From: Adineta vaga
Taxonomy: Eukaryota > Animalia > Rotifera
Direction of reading: 5' to 3'
Assembly (NCBI GenBank): GCA_021613535.1
Contig: CP075495.1
Location: 9,858,001-9,922,000 of the forward strand
DNA: 64,000 nt
A model generated the notes under the pieces. That model searched no databases. It was not told where the DNA came from and worked only from the letters and a program-made list of their open reading frames with translations. Positions 38,008-50,899 of this stretch are shown here, piece by piece (the first letter of the stretch is position 1; the number at the start of each line of letters is the position of its first letter). A program made the position numbers and the translations under genes.

Positions 38008-39082
38008 ATGCGCATCAACAATTATACACGAATATCAAGTATGTATTGATATCAAATTGAATTTTATTTCCATATTTAATATATCTAGATGAAATTTTCT
38101 CCTATGTGAATGTTTCAAATGCAGATTGTTTCATTTATCGTTCAATTTCGATGGGATATTTTATAATTTCAATTTTATCATTTGCTTTAAATATTCGTTT
38201 TATTTTGATTGATTATCATCGTTTAAATTCATTAATAATAAGTTTAATTATAAATTCATTTGTATTAATTATTTTTAGTTTTCCTTATGTTAGTTTTCAA
38301 GCAATTCAATGTTTACCAATTGAATCCTATTTTATTTGCACTTTCGAAGGTTTTATTTGTTTTACGTGTGGCATTTGCGTTATGTACACGATGTGTTCAT
38401 TATCATTGGCTCAATATGTACGATTATTTTACAACACAACGATAGTTTATCGAATGATCGAACATAAAAATAGTTATCTTATTCCAATTATCTGTTGGTT
38501 AATATCATTATCATGGTCATTACCACCGCTTTTCGATATTAATCCAGGTTTTATGCGTGAAGCACAAGGTTTTGATTGTGGATTAAATTGGAAAAGAACA
38601 GATAGTTATAGTCATTTCTATATTTTATTAGCATTTACAACTATCTATTTTGTACCATTCTTATGTTTAGTTATTACACATCTACATATTCTAGTTATCA
38701 TTCGTAAACTTGTTTCACGACAATATCCAGTCATATGAAAAGTGCAAGATCGATGTCTGTTGAAATGCATCATTGTCTTTTTTATAAATTCAATTTAGTA
38801 GAAAGTAATCGTTTAAAACGTCTTCGAATTGATAGAAAATTTGCACAAGCAACTATGATTACAGTATTATATTATGTCTTAGCTTGGACACCATACACAA
38901 TTTTTGCAATAATACAAACGATTGGTACAATGTATTCCTTTGATTATCAATTACCGTTCATGTTAATAACAGCGTCCGCTTTGACAGCAAAAATAGCTGT
39001 TATTGGACAATCTTGTGTATATTTTTATACTGTAAGACCATCGGATAAACGATCTTCGATTACATCCCCAACATTAAAATAA
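38008..39082 (+). CDS. Atypical opsin (7TM GPCR with retinal-binding Lys)
   Basis: Short exon 1 MRINNYTRIS spliced (intron 38039-38088) to a 7TM body: ICTFEGF (C110/E113), CWLISLSWSLPP, REAQGFDCGLNW (E181/C187), YFVPF, LAWTPY, LTAKIA (K296). Reading frame breaks at about 38728-38738. Confidence 0.8.
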
Positions 39083-39523
39083 AATTCTACAAATGTTTTT
39101 GTTTATTTCATGCACTTAGTTTTAATTATCCAATAATAATGTTGAATGATACTTATTGACTATAGCGTAGAAGAACGAAAAAGACATAAAACAGTTAACA
39201 TACACCTTCTCTTTGTTATTCGTTGAATATATGTAATTATTGAAGCGGAACTTTGTCTTGACACGAACATTTCTCTTTGTATTTTAATAAAGTAAAGAAA
39301 CAACGAAAAACATGTCGATTTAGAATATCAAAACGAATTTACTATAACAAAAAAGAAACAACCTTTCAATCCTGAATGCTTTTATTCAATTTATGTCAAG
39401 GACTTCTGTTTTCTAATCTGTTTATATTTACAAGACCGGTATGTCATTGCTTATCATAATAACAAGAAGAAGAAAAAGAACGAAAGGATAAAGCAGATGA
39501 AAACTTTCCTCTGTAGTTATTGT

Positions 39524-42500
39524 TCAATCATTAACACTTGTACGTCGAATATTTACTTCACCATCAACAGACCATTCATCAGTTGATTCTAATCTATGTA
39601 AAAGTAACCGTTCAGTTACAATTGAATCATTATTCACAGGTTTTTCTTCTAGAAATCGAGAAAAATAAAACATGTCTTGCGAATAATCTATTAATTCATT
39701 GTTTTTAATGTACTTTGTATATTATAAAATTTCAGAATACAATGGAAAATGATACCAGTAAGACATATGGATAGACCAATAATATTGATTGTATTCAATT
39801 CATTATTATTATATTCAACTGCTAGATAGAGCATCACGACTTCCTGAATAGTAAATGCATAGAATCATCATAGACAACGAATCCAATATGCAATGTATTT
39901 TACTTTGAAAATTCCTGATACACTCAATGTTAATGAAGATGTATTTGAGACTAATAGAAATTCACTAAATTCAAGACTAAATGCTAATAATGCACTGGAT
40001 CCAACTAATGACATATAAGGCCAAATATGTGCAAAGGACTTCTTATTGAGTAAATGTAATTCATATAATAAATGTTGACCTAAGAAATAAAACAAAAACA
40101 ATTACCCGAATAGAAAAAGCTAAAGTAAAAACAAACCTTCTCTGAAACACGCAAGCGGAATGATTACGGCAAGCATCCACGGTTGAATATAGTACATAGC
40201 GTCGACCGGATTGCTCAAACCTATAAGTGAACGAAAAAAGAAAGGCTTAGTCGGCATTAATTATTTGTTGACTAAGTTAGTTTCGTTTTCTTTTTCTTTT
40301 TCTCTTCTTTTCTTTCACTGTTGTTTTTATGTTAAGACAAACGAAATTATTACAGATGGTCGAATGAATGCACGGTTTGACCATCGTCAAGTCGCTCCTA
40401 GTGCGAGTGTTTCTTTTAGCTCATGGACTTATTTGTTCCTGGCGTGTTATTGATACGAATGACAATCAATATTGTTGGATTATTCTCATTGGTCTCGGTT
40501 TTTTACTTGTCGAAACAGGCATTGTTATATGGCTTCGAAATGGACATGAATTTAAAGTGTATGTATCATCTATTCAAAAAGTGAACTATTCATCTTACTA
40601 TTAATATGTCTTTTCTTCGATTTTTTAGAATTGCTTTTTGTATCATATTCTATTTGACTTGTACAACACCATCTCTATGGATAATCCATATCGAAACAGC
40701 AAATAGAAAACTATATCGTCTAGCAGAAAATAAATTAAATGCTCGAGCAACTGATACATCTATCCATCTTCGACGTCAACAGTATCTTTCTGCTAATTCA
40801 TCATCATCATTACCACAAACATCATCTGCGACGACACCACTTATTCAATCTATTGGACGTCTTGAATGTCACGATAAAGCATGGTACTACATGGATGAAC
40901 AACGTTGGCTTGATGCTATACAAGAAACAATGCTTGTTGTTTTAGCTATATGTCGATTATTGTTAAGTCGTGAACATATGACTGTGGAAAAAAGTGGTAT
41001 CCTTCTAATGATAACTCTTATCAATGGTGCTGATCTATTAGCGATGTCACATTCTTTACAATATCATGACGTAATCATTGAACGTCTGTGGATGTATATA
41101 GGCTTAGTTTTATTATCAATTGGTTTATTTCAAATGGCATTTATTGATACGGACGGTTTAACACCATCGACAAATCCCGATCGAAAAGGCAAAATAAAAA
41201 AACGCACTCATTTTCTCCAAGATCAAAATTTATGTCCACTTTTTCGAGTAAAATCATATACGAAAATTTTGTCATATAATTCTTTTTATTTATTAGACTT
41301 TATTTATTCATGATGGTCTTCTTCTTCTCTATCGAACATTATTAGCTGCTAAAGTTCAATGTAGTAAACCTACAATTATATTTTATATGGCAAAAAATGT
41401 TCTCATGATTGTCTTACATTGTTATCGTGCTTATCATGTGTCAAAGGAACAAGATCGAAAGAAAACATTAGCTGCTTATGAACATCTAATCAAGTCCTCA
41501 TCAATTTCACAAAAACAACATCGTCCATTACATGGACACGAACGAACGCGTCTAGGTAATCAACAACAACAGCAACAACAGAGATTATTACATCGAACTA
41601 TTCGTCGACCATCGTCAATAACACATCGACGAAAAACGAAAACTCCACGAGCATTACATTCATTTTCGAACAATTCGATATCCTATCCGTTTGCACGACG
41701 TCGAAATGACGGTGGTCGTGCTCGAACAGCATTTGCTCTCTATGGTCTACCTTTTGTTCCTCAGCAAGCTCCCCGATCAGCAACAATATCTTCAAGTGGA
41801 AGTCTTGTTGCCAAAGCATTAGTTCATTAAAAATAATAAATAAAAGAAATTTACTTTACCAAGTTCATGTTTTTGTGTAATTAACTGTGTAATTGTCCAA
41901 CGTAGGCCAGATAGAAAGGAAGCAACCATAACAAGAAGAAAACCAAATGCATGAAATTCCGTATAATGATATGTAAAAAGAAATAAACCACAAGCGATTA
42001 AAACAACAACTCCGATTAGAGAACAACGCTAGAAAGAAATATATATATATTTATTTGAAAGAGATTCGCATAAGAAATAAACATACAAATCGTTCAAGAC
42101 CAAATATAATACCAAATAAGAGAATATATATAATCACAGTTGATTTACACATGACTAAAGAAATTAATAGCATGAATTGAATTCATATTCGTTGTATTGA
42201 CTTACCATAAAGTGAAATTGTTATATATTGCAAGGACCAATTCGATAAACTGATATCAAGCGCAGCCGTAATACCTAAAATATATCAATTTTTGAATATT
42301 CATCTTCAATAAACTGTTTGATATACCAGTTGGAGCAACTTTTCTCCATAGAATAGGCCATGTTAATTTCACTCGATCCCGATCATTATTTTGTTGTTGT
42401 CCATATGTATTTGTATAACATGAACGAAAACAAAACCGATGTAGAAACCATCGAATAAGAGCAGCAAAGATGAATTTAATAGCCATGTGTGTTGTAGTTA

Positions 42501-42672
42501 TTGCAAGAGGAAATTCATAATCACGAAAAAGATGACGATTAAAGAATGTTAATGATATTGAGCAACACCAATACAAAAGAATAAAACCTAAGACTTTAAT
42601 CAATGATAAGAATGTATGAAATGGAGATGATCGATATCCATTGTGATAATCCATCATATTCTTTCGAGACAT
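39524..42672 (-). CDS. SLC35C2: SLC35C2-like nucleotide-sugar transporter family protein (8 exons)
   Basis: SISLTFFN, FPLAITTTHM, KVAPTG, ALDISLSNWS, LSGLRWTITQL...HEL/GLSNPVDAMYYIQPWM and EFLLVSNTSSLTLSVSGIFK. Large intron 40221-41859. Confidence 0.9.
40368..41830 (+). CDS. TMEM26: TMEM26-like multi-pass membrane protein nested antisense in an SLC35C2 intron (3 exons)
   Basis: VRVFLLAHGLICSWRV...LLVETG...GHEFK, FYLTCTTPSLWII, QETMLVVLAICRLLL, GADLL, HDG and YMAKNVLMIVLHCYR match the TMEM26 pattern. Confidence 0.85.
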
Positions 42673-43216
42673 TGTACTTGATTTGAAAACGAAAAAAACG
42701 ATGAGAAAATAGAAATTCTGTTGATATTAGTAGAATAAAACTTAGAAGAAAGAAAGAAACATAATCTAAAATGAGAAACAGCTGCTTTTAATGATTGTAT
42801 AAAGAGGAAAAGTTATGAGTATATTCAATCTTGTTGTGATTGATACATATTCATGTTTAGCTTGGAATTCAAATGAAATTGTTCAATCGAATTCATTCAG
42901 GATTAATTATTTAATATTATGTTATATCTTAAGAACTGTCGTCTTTTTTATACAAAAGTAAAAATTTGATAATATTCTCATAGATCAAAGCGAAAGGCTA
43001 GCAGATATAAAACTGCTTTGAGTACAAGCAAATTGTAATAAATACAAGCCAGCCACCCACCAACCATGCATTTTGTCTTTACTTTTGCAAAAAGTCAAAC
43101 TTTGACAGATTTTCCTACCATACAAGTTTCTAATTACCAAACATAATAGTATATCTTCGTTTTCTTCGATTTTAGATTTTTATTTCTCATTATCTTATTA
43201 CATAATGAAAGAAAAG

Positions 43217-43238
43217 ACACACACACACACACACACAC
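43217..43238. repeat. (AC)11 microsatellite
   Basis: Direct reading of the sequence. Confidence 0.95.
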
Positions 43239-43662
43239 AAACAACACAAATAGATATGTATATAAGAATGAATAACAAAATGGAGAAAAAATAAAGAATA
43301 AATGGATATACATTTTCATTTTTTGTTGTGACTCGTTTTCTTTTCTCAAGTTGTATCAATGTGCGTATAATGAACGAACAGGAAAAAAACCAATCTCGGT
43401 ATCTAAGCAAGAAGAAGAAGAGGAAGAAAAAGCATGACAAACTAAAACAAACCCACACAAAAAGAATTTCGAGCACCATTAACTAAATATAAGAAACAAG
43501 CATAAGCTGTGAGAGAAGTAGAAAGGATAAAGAAAATGAAAAATTTGTTAAAATATTAAGAAAGATGTAATATTCATATTAAATATTGGTGATTGATAAG
43601 AGATGTCTGCACATACGAATGGGAAAAAGAAAAGCAAAAAAGAATATTTTGGAATGTACAAG

Positions 43663-46600
43663 TCAACAGAATAGGTTCACTTGTTCGATTACTCGTCGAT
43701 ACGTACGAGGTGTATATGGTGGAGTTGATGATGATACTAAAATAAAAGAATAAAAGAGCTTTAGTTTGAGAATATGACTTTTTTTTTCTATTTGCACAAG
43801 AAAGAAAGCACACAAAAATCAGTGTAAGCATATTCAAAACAAAACTAGCGAGACACAATCTTACTTGAAGATATAAAAAAGAAAAATCTCTGTTTTTTTT
43901 AAAAACCTGGAAGTTATAGGAGGATGAAATAGAAAAATAAAGGAATTCAATTTTATTTATTTACTTGTCGTTGTATTCGTAGATGTCAGAGTTTTTTTAT
44001 CAGTTGGTGTCATTGCAGAAAGTGTTGTTGATAACATACGAGCGCGTTCTTTCACCGGTAATCCTAGAAGATATTTCAAGAAGAAATGAATGTTGTAGAT
44101 GAAAATATCAAGAGTACATACGTTTATACTGTTCAGTTTGATCGTCAGTATGGGATATTGATGGTGAAGAAGGAACAGCAGGTACTTCAACAGTATTACC
44201 AGTTTCTGATGGGCTCGTTGTTTCGGTCGAAAGAAGATTAATTGCAACAATAGCTGAAATAATATAGAGATAAATAAAGCTTGTTCGAAGAGAGATGTTT
44301 ATGAGCGTACGTTTTTTTTCGGGTTGAAAATGTCTTAATTTGACGGGTGGTGCATCTGTATTTGGATCGGGAACAGGAAGTACTCGAGTACCAAGAGCAA
44401 TTTTACCTGTTCGAGCGGATACGGGCGGTACTGGTGATGGAATTGATTCAGTTGAATTAGTGATTTCTTTTGGCTCGGAATTATTCGATGATATGATCGG
44501 TGAATATAAACTTGTCGACATCGAAGGTTGTGTTCGAGATGAACCATTGAATACATCAGAATTCATAATTGGGAGAGAGTCATTATCGACTACAGTCATT
44601 GACTTAGACATTGGATTGATTGGTGACGGGCGTGGTTGCGGTATAGGAATTTTGTTTATTGTAGGAGTATTGGGTTCATCATTGGAAGTTTTTGAAGGTT
44701 TTAATGCAGATTTCAGAAGTTTTGTAACTGCTCTAAACAATTGAAGACGAAAAAAGAAAATCAATCATTGCTAGAAAATAGAAATGAAATATAATCATGC
44801 GATAAGTGATTTTATTATCTTTAATACTCAAAAAGTCAGATACACTGCAAATTCATGCATTTTAATAACAAACTTTTTCAATTTGTTTGATTTTCTATGT
44901 ATAGATGATAGTTTTTATAAATTCGAAAAACTTCAATGAAGGAGAATTCATTTCAAAATTTTACTTACGATGCCGATGTTGTTTCATTTGTTTGAGTATC
45001 AGTGGATAAATTCATCGATTGTTCAATTGAGGATTGAATAGGTGGATCAGTTGTACTATTATCGTCATTATCATCTGTTAAAAGACCACCATCTGATGAA
45101 CTATCATTATTGGCACTATTTGCCGATCGTTTAATTGGTCGTCGAACATTTGCACGACGAGGACGATCTTTACCTAAACAGAAAAATAATGATTTCATCC
45201 ATTGAAGTCTTTTTTTCAAAATACCTGGATGAACTAATTTTACAGTTGGTTCAATATCAACATCAAGACTACTTTCTTGTCCATTACTTGTCGTTGTAGC
45301 AGTTCTTTTTTTAACAGGTAATTCAGGTGGTGCATCTTTAAGTTGTTCTTTTTGTTCTTCTTGTTTGACTAAATCAAGTAAATCATGTTCAATTAGATCA
45401 CCTTCATCTTCAACAGATGATTGTTTTGTTTTCAATCGTTGTGATACATGAACATTGCCATAGATTGATTCAGAAATAGTTGATACAGTTTCTGGATCAG
45501 TTGTATTCACTAACATTGATTTACGCCAAGCTGGTATTGTTGATGGTTTCGGTGAAACAGGTATTGGACCTTTGTTAGTTGGTACTGGTGTTTGAATACG
45601 ATGATCAGAATCATTAACTGTACGCAGTGCTCCTCGACTCGATTTCGGTGAAGGATCTAGAATGAAGATAATTTTTAAAACTTTTCATATACTTTTATCG
45701 AAGCAAATTGAAATACCAGTTATACATTCATTTGATTCAATCTGTTTGATTTGTCGATTATTCGATGTATCATCGTTTGTTTCGATCTGCGGTTGATTAT
45801 GTCGATGTGTTAAACGTTGTACAACATTCGTACCACGATTTACAACACGTTCAAGTGCTAAAATATTTTAAACAAGAAGATCCTGATAAGAAAACGCCAT
45901 AAAAATGAAGAAGAATAATATACTTGATGTTGGCGTATGCAGCTGTCCATCTATAAGTAGTGATCCTGGTTGAGGAGTATTTGTACGAAACATTTCCATT
46001 TCCTACAAGAAGATTAAATTATAAATATGAAGATTTTCACAAATTTCAATCATTATACTATTTGTTTTTGCATATCGGAAATAGTTTCATTAGTTGTATC
46101 GTATGCACGCTTTTGCAAACATGTTGTGACATTCATATAACACTCACGAGAATATTTCATTAATCTATTCGACATTTCTTTAGTTAATAACTGATCAATA
46201 TCTTCATTTGAATGTGCAAAAAATGTTCGAATTTGTTCTTGTAATTTCTAAATCAATTCAAAATTCATTATTAATCTTTTTCAAAGTAGAAAAATCAAAT
46301 CTATTTACATCATCATAATTGATAGTCGTTTGTTCTTTAAATAATTGATAGAATTTTCTAGATAAACGTTCATTTTTTTCAACGAATTTTTGTTTAAAAC
46401 TTTGACAGATTTCATTCCATTCATTTTTCAAATGTTCTTCTTCTTCAATATAGGCTTGATATAATTGAGTTGAAATCTAAGAAAATTCATTCATTTTATA
46501 TTTCAAAATCAAGAATATGTATGAAATTGTATACTTTTGTAATATTTGCTGTTCGTATTAACATGGAATTTAAATCATGAGTTGTAGCACTAGGATGACC

Positions 46601-49600
46601 ATTATTATTATTATTATTTAATCGATTTGAACAAGATAAAACATAATCCAATGATGCTTGATTACCAATCAATTGTTGTTGATTTTCCCATGCTAAATTG
46701 ACTTCACGAGTTAAATTAGCTGCTGTTGTTAGTAGTAAAGAATTTTCCACAGACACATCTCCTTTTTGTTGTTGATTTCGTGTACAAACTGTGTCAAGCT
46801 AATAAACGAGAAAATGGCATAAGAGAAAACACAATTTTGTTTTTCATGTCATTACTTTATTCATTAAAGATTGAACTTTTTCCATACGATCTTTTTCAGT
46901 GATTTTCATAAGAATAATATCAGTGATTGGAATAGGTAAGTATTGTATAGAATAATTTCTATAAAAAAAGAAAAAAAAATGAAACGTGCATTTCAAGACA
47001 AGTTCATCTATATATATATATATCCACTCAACTCAAAGCTCAAAATGCATTTACAATTCATAAGTTTCCTGTCAAAACTTATTACTAAAATTTGTCTATA
47101 TGTTAGAAAAATCACGAACAAATATGAGATGAATGATGGATGCAACTGTTCAAAATAGACGATACGTGAGAAATATACGATAAAAAGAACATGAAAAGTT
47201 TACTTACTGGTCCATTGCATTAACAATATCTTCAAAACTACTCAATGATAATTGATTGCGATCAAAAAGTATTGTATGTAGATGACGATTCATCTGTAAA
47301 ATATGTGTTATAATACGAGCACCTTGATCACCCATCATATTTCCTCTATTCATCATAGATAAATTCAAATCAATGGTAAGTTTTTAATTGATTTCTATAC
47401 ATACCGAATATCTACTAGTTTTAAAGGTGGACTATGGGTTAATGCAAAAAGAAAATCGATCGTATTTTCTTTTAATTTTGAATCAGCTATTGACAAAGAT
47501 TCCAGATCCTATTCAAGAGAATAAAAAACTATTATCGATAGAAACTCTTTTCTCTATCTTACACTGTCTAGGACAAGATCTTTCATTGCACTTATTGTTC
47601 TTTGCATATTTCTATCAAAGAAATTATCATATAGAGTTTTTATAGAAAGAAAAACAAGATAGAAGAATATACTTTTGTTTTATATTATTAAAGTTTCTTC
47701 CTAAATAAAGTGATTTTAATTTTCGATTCTTTTTTAATTCGCCTAATAATGTTGGAATTTCATTATCTATATCTAAACAATAAGAATAGAAAAGGATGAG
47801 ATGAATATGTTTTTCCAATGAAAATTTTCTTCATACCACATCCGCTGATATCTAACGTTATTAAACTTGGAATTGTTGCAAATCGAGCTGCATATTCATG
47901 AATGAATGTTTCCATTTGATTTCCACAAAGACGTAAATCAAGTTTATTTAAATGAACATTCGAATGTAGACCATCACATAATTCCCTAAATAAAAAATAT
48001 CTATTAGACAAATCCTATGATTTTTTCAATCTTTTACTTGAGAAATTCAACTGATAAATTTGCATTGGATATTTGAAGAGTTTCTAGGGTTTGACTTTTT
48101 GTAAAAAATAATTTGACACCACCTGTGACAGGAGGTAGAAGAGTTGATTTGACTGATGTAATATACAGTCGATGAAGTTTACACGTTGTCGTAGCCAAAG
48201 AATAGAAGAACTATGAGATAAATTGAATATGAAAGAAGAAAGCATCAGAACTTTTATTTACCGATTCAAGATTAAATTCTAAATCGCTTAGATATAAGTC
48301 TTCTAAGACATTTTCAGGATTATGGAATAAAATTGTTATACACTAAAAAGATCGAGAAATAATTTGCTTATCATCTAAGAAGAGTTCTTTCACATACATT
48401 TTCTTCTTTAATACGATTTCCAAATAAATTTAAAGTTCGAAGACTTTTTAATAAGTAAGTATTTGTTGTTAATGCAGTATGAAATCCATGTAAACCTTTA
48501 TGAGTTAATGAACATGATTGAAGATTGATTGATACAAATGGTAATTTACGTTGTTGTAAAGCTGAACTTAATATACTTAAGCCTAAAACGGAACATTTTT
48601 ATTAAATTTCAGTTCAATTGAACTTTACCTTTATCTTCAAGAGCATTATTTGATAAGTCAATATTTTCAACATGAGTAACAGGTATAGCATGAGCAAAGC
48701 GGGTACAAAAATCACTGGAAAATAGGAAAGAAAATATCTCTGAATTTTATCAAATTGAATGATAAACATACTGTCGAAGACCACAATTGATTAAAGATAA
48801 ATCTCGTATTGTTTTACATAAACGAATAGCTGTACAAAGTTCATCGACATTTTCCGATGTCTTTAAAAAAAAGATTCAAAGAAAAACATGGAAGAAAAGA
48901 TACACATGTCTAACGAACCAATTTAATATTTTGAATAGTAACTTTTGTGAACCATTCATTATGACGTAGAGCACTGATAATAGGTAGCCATTCTTTTTGT
49001 GTTAAAGTTTCAAATTCTTGAAATGTAAATTCACGTGATATTCGATGAGCAAATACCGTATCAACAATCTAATAAAATAGAAGATCAAGGAAAATGATGA
49101 AAGATTATTTCTTTACTTACATTTTGTACTGCTCTACTACATGGTAGTTGATAAAAATCACAAGCACATTCATAACGTAGAGAAAATCCTCCACATGGAC
49201 GTAATTCACTTGACATAATATTAATATCTTGACAATAATCATTAGATGCTCGTAATAATTTCTCATATTCATTCTCGGGTCGAATTTCAACACTAAATTT
49301 TGATAGATAAGTTATTATTTTTATTTATGAGAAAGATTATTTACATTGCTTGCAATCGATGAGGAAAAACAGCATGTAGATTTCGAATTAAAACAATTAG
49401 AAATGGTTCTAAAGAAGATTTATCATGGAGTCCATAAAGTGTATGGGATTGTTTTTCATCTGCTTCTATAAAAACCTAGATCGAAAGAAGTTTATAAATG
49501 AAATGAAAAATTTCGCATCTTACTTGAGAATCCGATATTCGTTCGATTAATTTTATAGAAAGGATATTGAATTGTGATTCAATCTGAAGAAAACAAATCA

Positions 49601-49943
49601 AGATCTTTTCTTCGAATCTAATCATTACAATATCTCACATACTTTAACAGGAGTTTTAATCGAACAGATATAGACTTTAACAGCATCCATACACTAAAAT
49701 TATACGATAAGAAAAATTAAGATAAACAAATAGAGACTCTATTTACCAGCAGTCGTTCTTCGACTTTTTCACCTTTTGTTCCATAACGAATACGTCCATT
49801 AAAATAAAAAGATGAACATTTCGTTACGCTTCGAGCACTACCTAAATAAACAAACAAACAAACAATATTTAGAATAAATTAATAATTCATTATTATTGAA
49901 TTTTCTTACCGACTAATTCAGCAAAATCGTCACGATCACTCAT
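43663..49943 (-). CDS. CARMIL: CARMIL (LRRC16) capping-protein regulator, many exons
   Basis: N-terminal non-canonical PH region, PCGGFSLRYECACDF, long LRR series, capping-protein-interaction motif KLVHP/GKDRPRRANVRRP and a Pro-rich tail. The last exon is uncertain: stop at 43957, or spliced to an exon ending at 43663. Confidence 0.85.
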
Positions 49944-50899
49944 CTAAATATGCAAAAGAAAAAAAAATATTCAATATAATACAAATCTTTCTTTCGTTTT
50001 TTGATTAGCTTAAAAGCTTAGAATTAATATGAAAAACAAATGTAATCGGTACATACACAGCCGACTTTACACCACATTGAAAACTAACATTCATGACATT
50101 TAAAGAAAGAATAATTGCACCAAGGAAATAAACATCTGCAAGATAGAATTTATATTGACATAAAATTGCAAATAAAGATATTTAACATACCTGATCGATT
50201 AATCATTGACACCAATGCAGACAAGCATTGAATTGAAGTAGGTTAACAAACAAAATAAAAAGAACTATGAAACACGAATCATGAGATAGATAAGCGAAGC
50301 AAAGTGTAGAACAAAACAAAACATGTGTGTGTCTGGATGCGTTCGTATACATGATAAGATGAATCATCAAACCACACTCATTGATCAATCAAAAATAATG
50401 AAAGCGAATATATATTAGATGTCACTCTATGTTCACTCTCTAAAATTTGAATTTAAATACTAAAATTTCGAAAAATATTCGCGATAGAGAAGATGAGATT
50501 TAGGAAAAAAAATCGTTATTGTTGATCATATTCTATTTATTAGGAATAAAATAAATATTGACAAATCTTTTACTTTTTTTTGATATCATAATCACGTTTG
50601 TATGAGTAATAAGCATTTCACTACAATATATTACAGTATAACGATTGTTGAAGATGTGAAAATGTCTGGTACAGTCATCAATCTAAGTATGACTATAAAC
50701 AACAAATTTCACTGAATAACAGTTGATTCATACAATAGTTCTTCATATTGGAATGTCTTTTTTTATCATGATAGAAAAATAGTCTGAATATATTCACTAA
50801 CAATAAAAAAAAAGTTTATTTCTTTCTAAAAAAAATGAATTATTCTATTCTTGACATCTCACTCAACAACTAATTTTATATTACATTATCAAATATGCA

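Noticed and set aside
43134-43858. Hydrophobic minus-strand ORFs
   Set aside because: Low-complexity UTR and microsatellite sequence downstream of CARMIL.
44340-44744. 134-aa Gly-rich plus-strand ORF
   Set aside because: Antisense shadow of the Pro/Ser-rich CARMIL exon.
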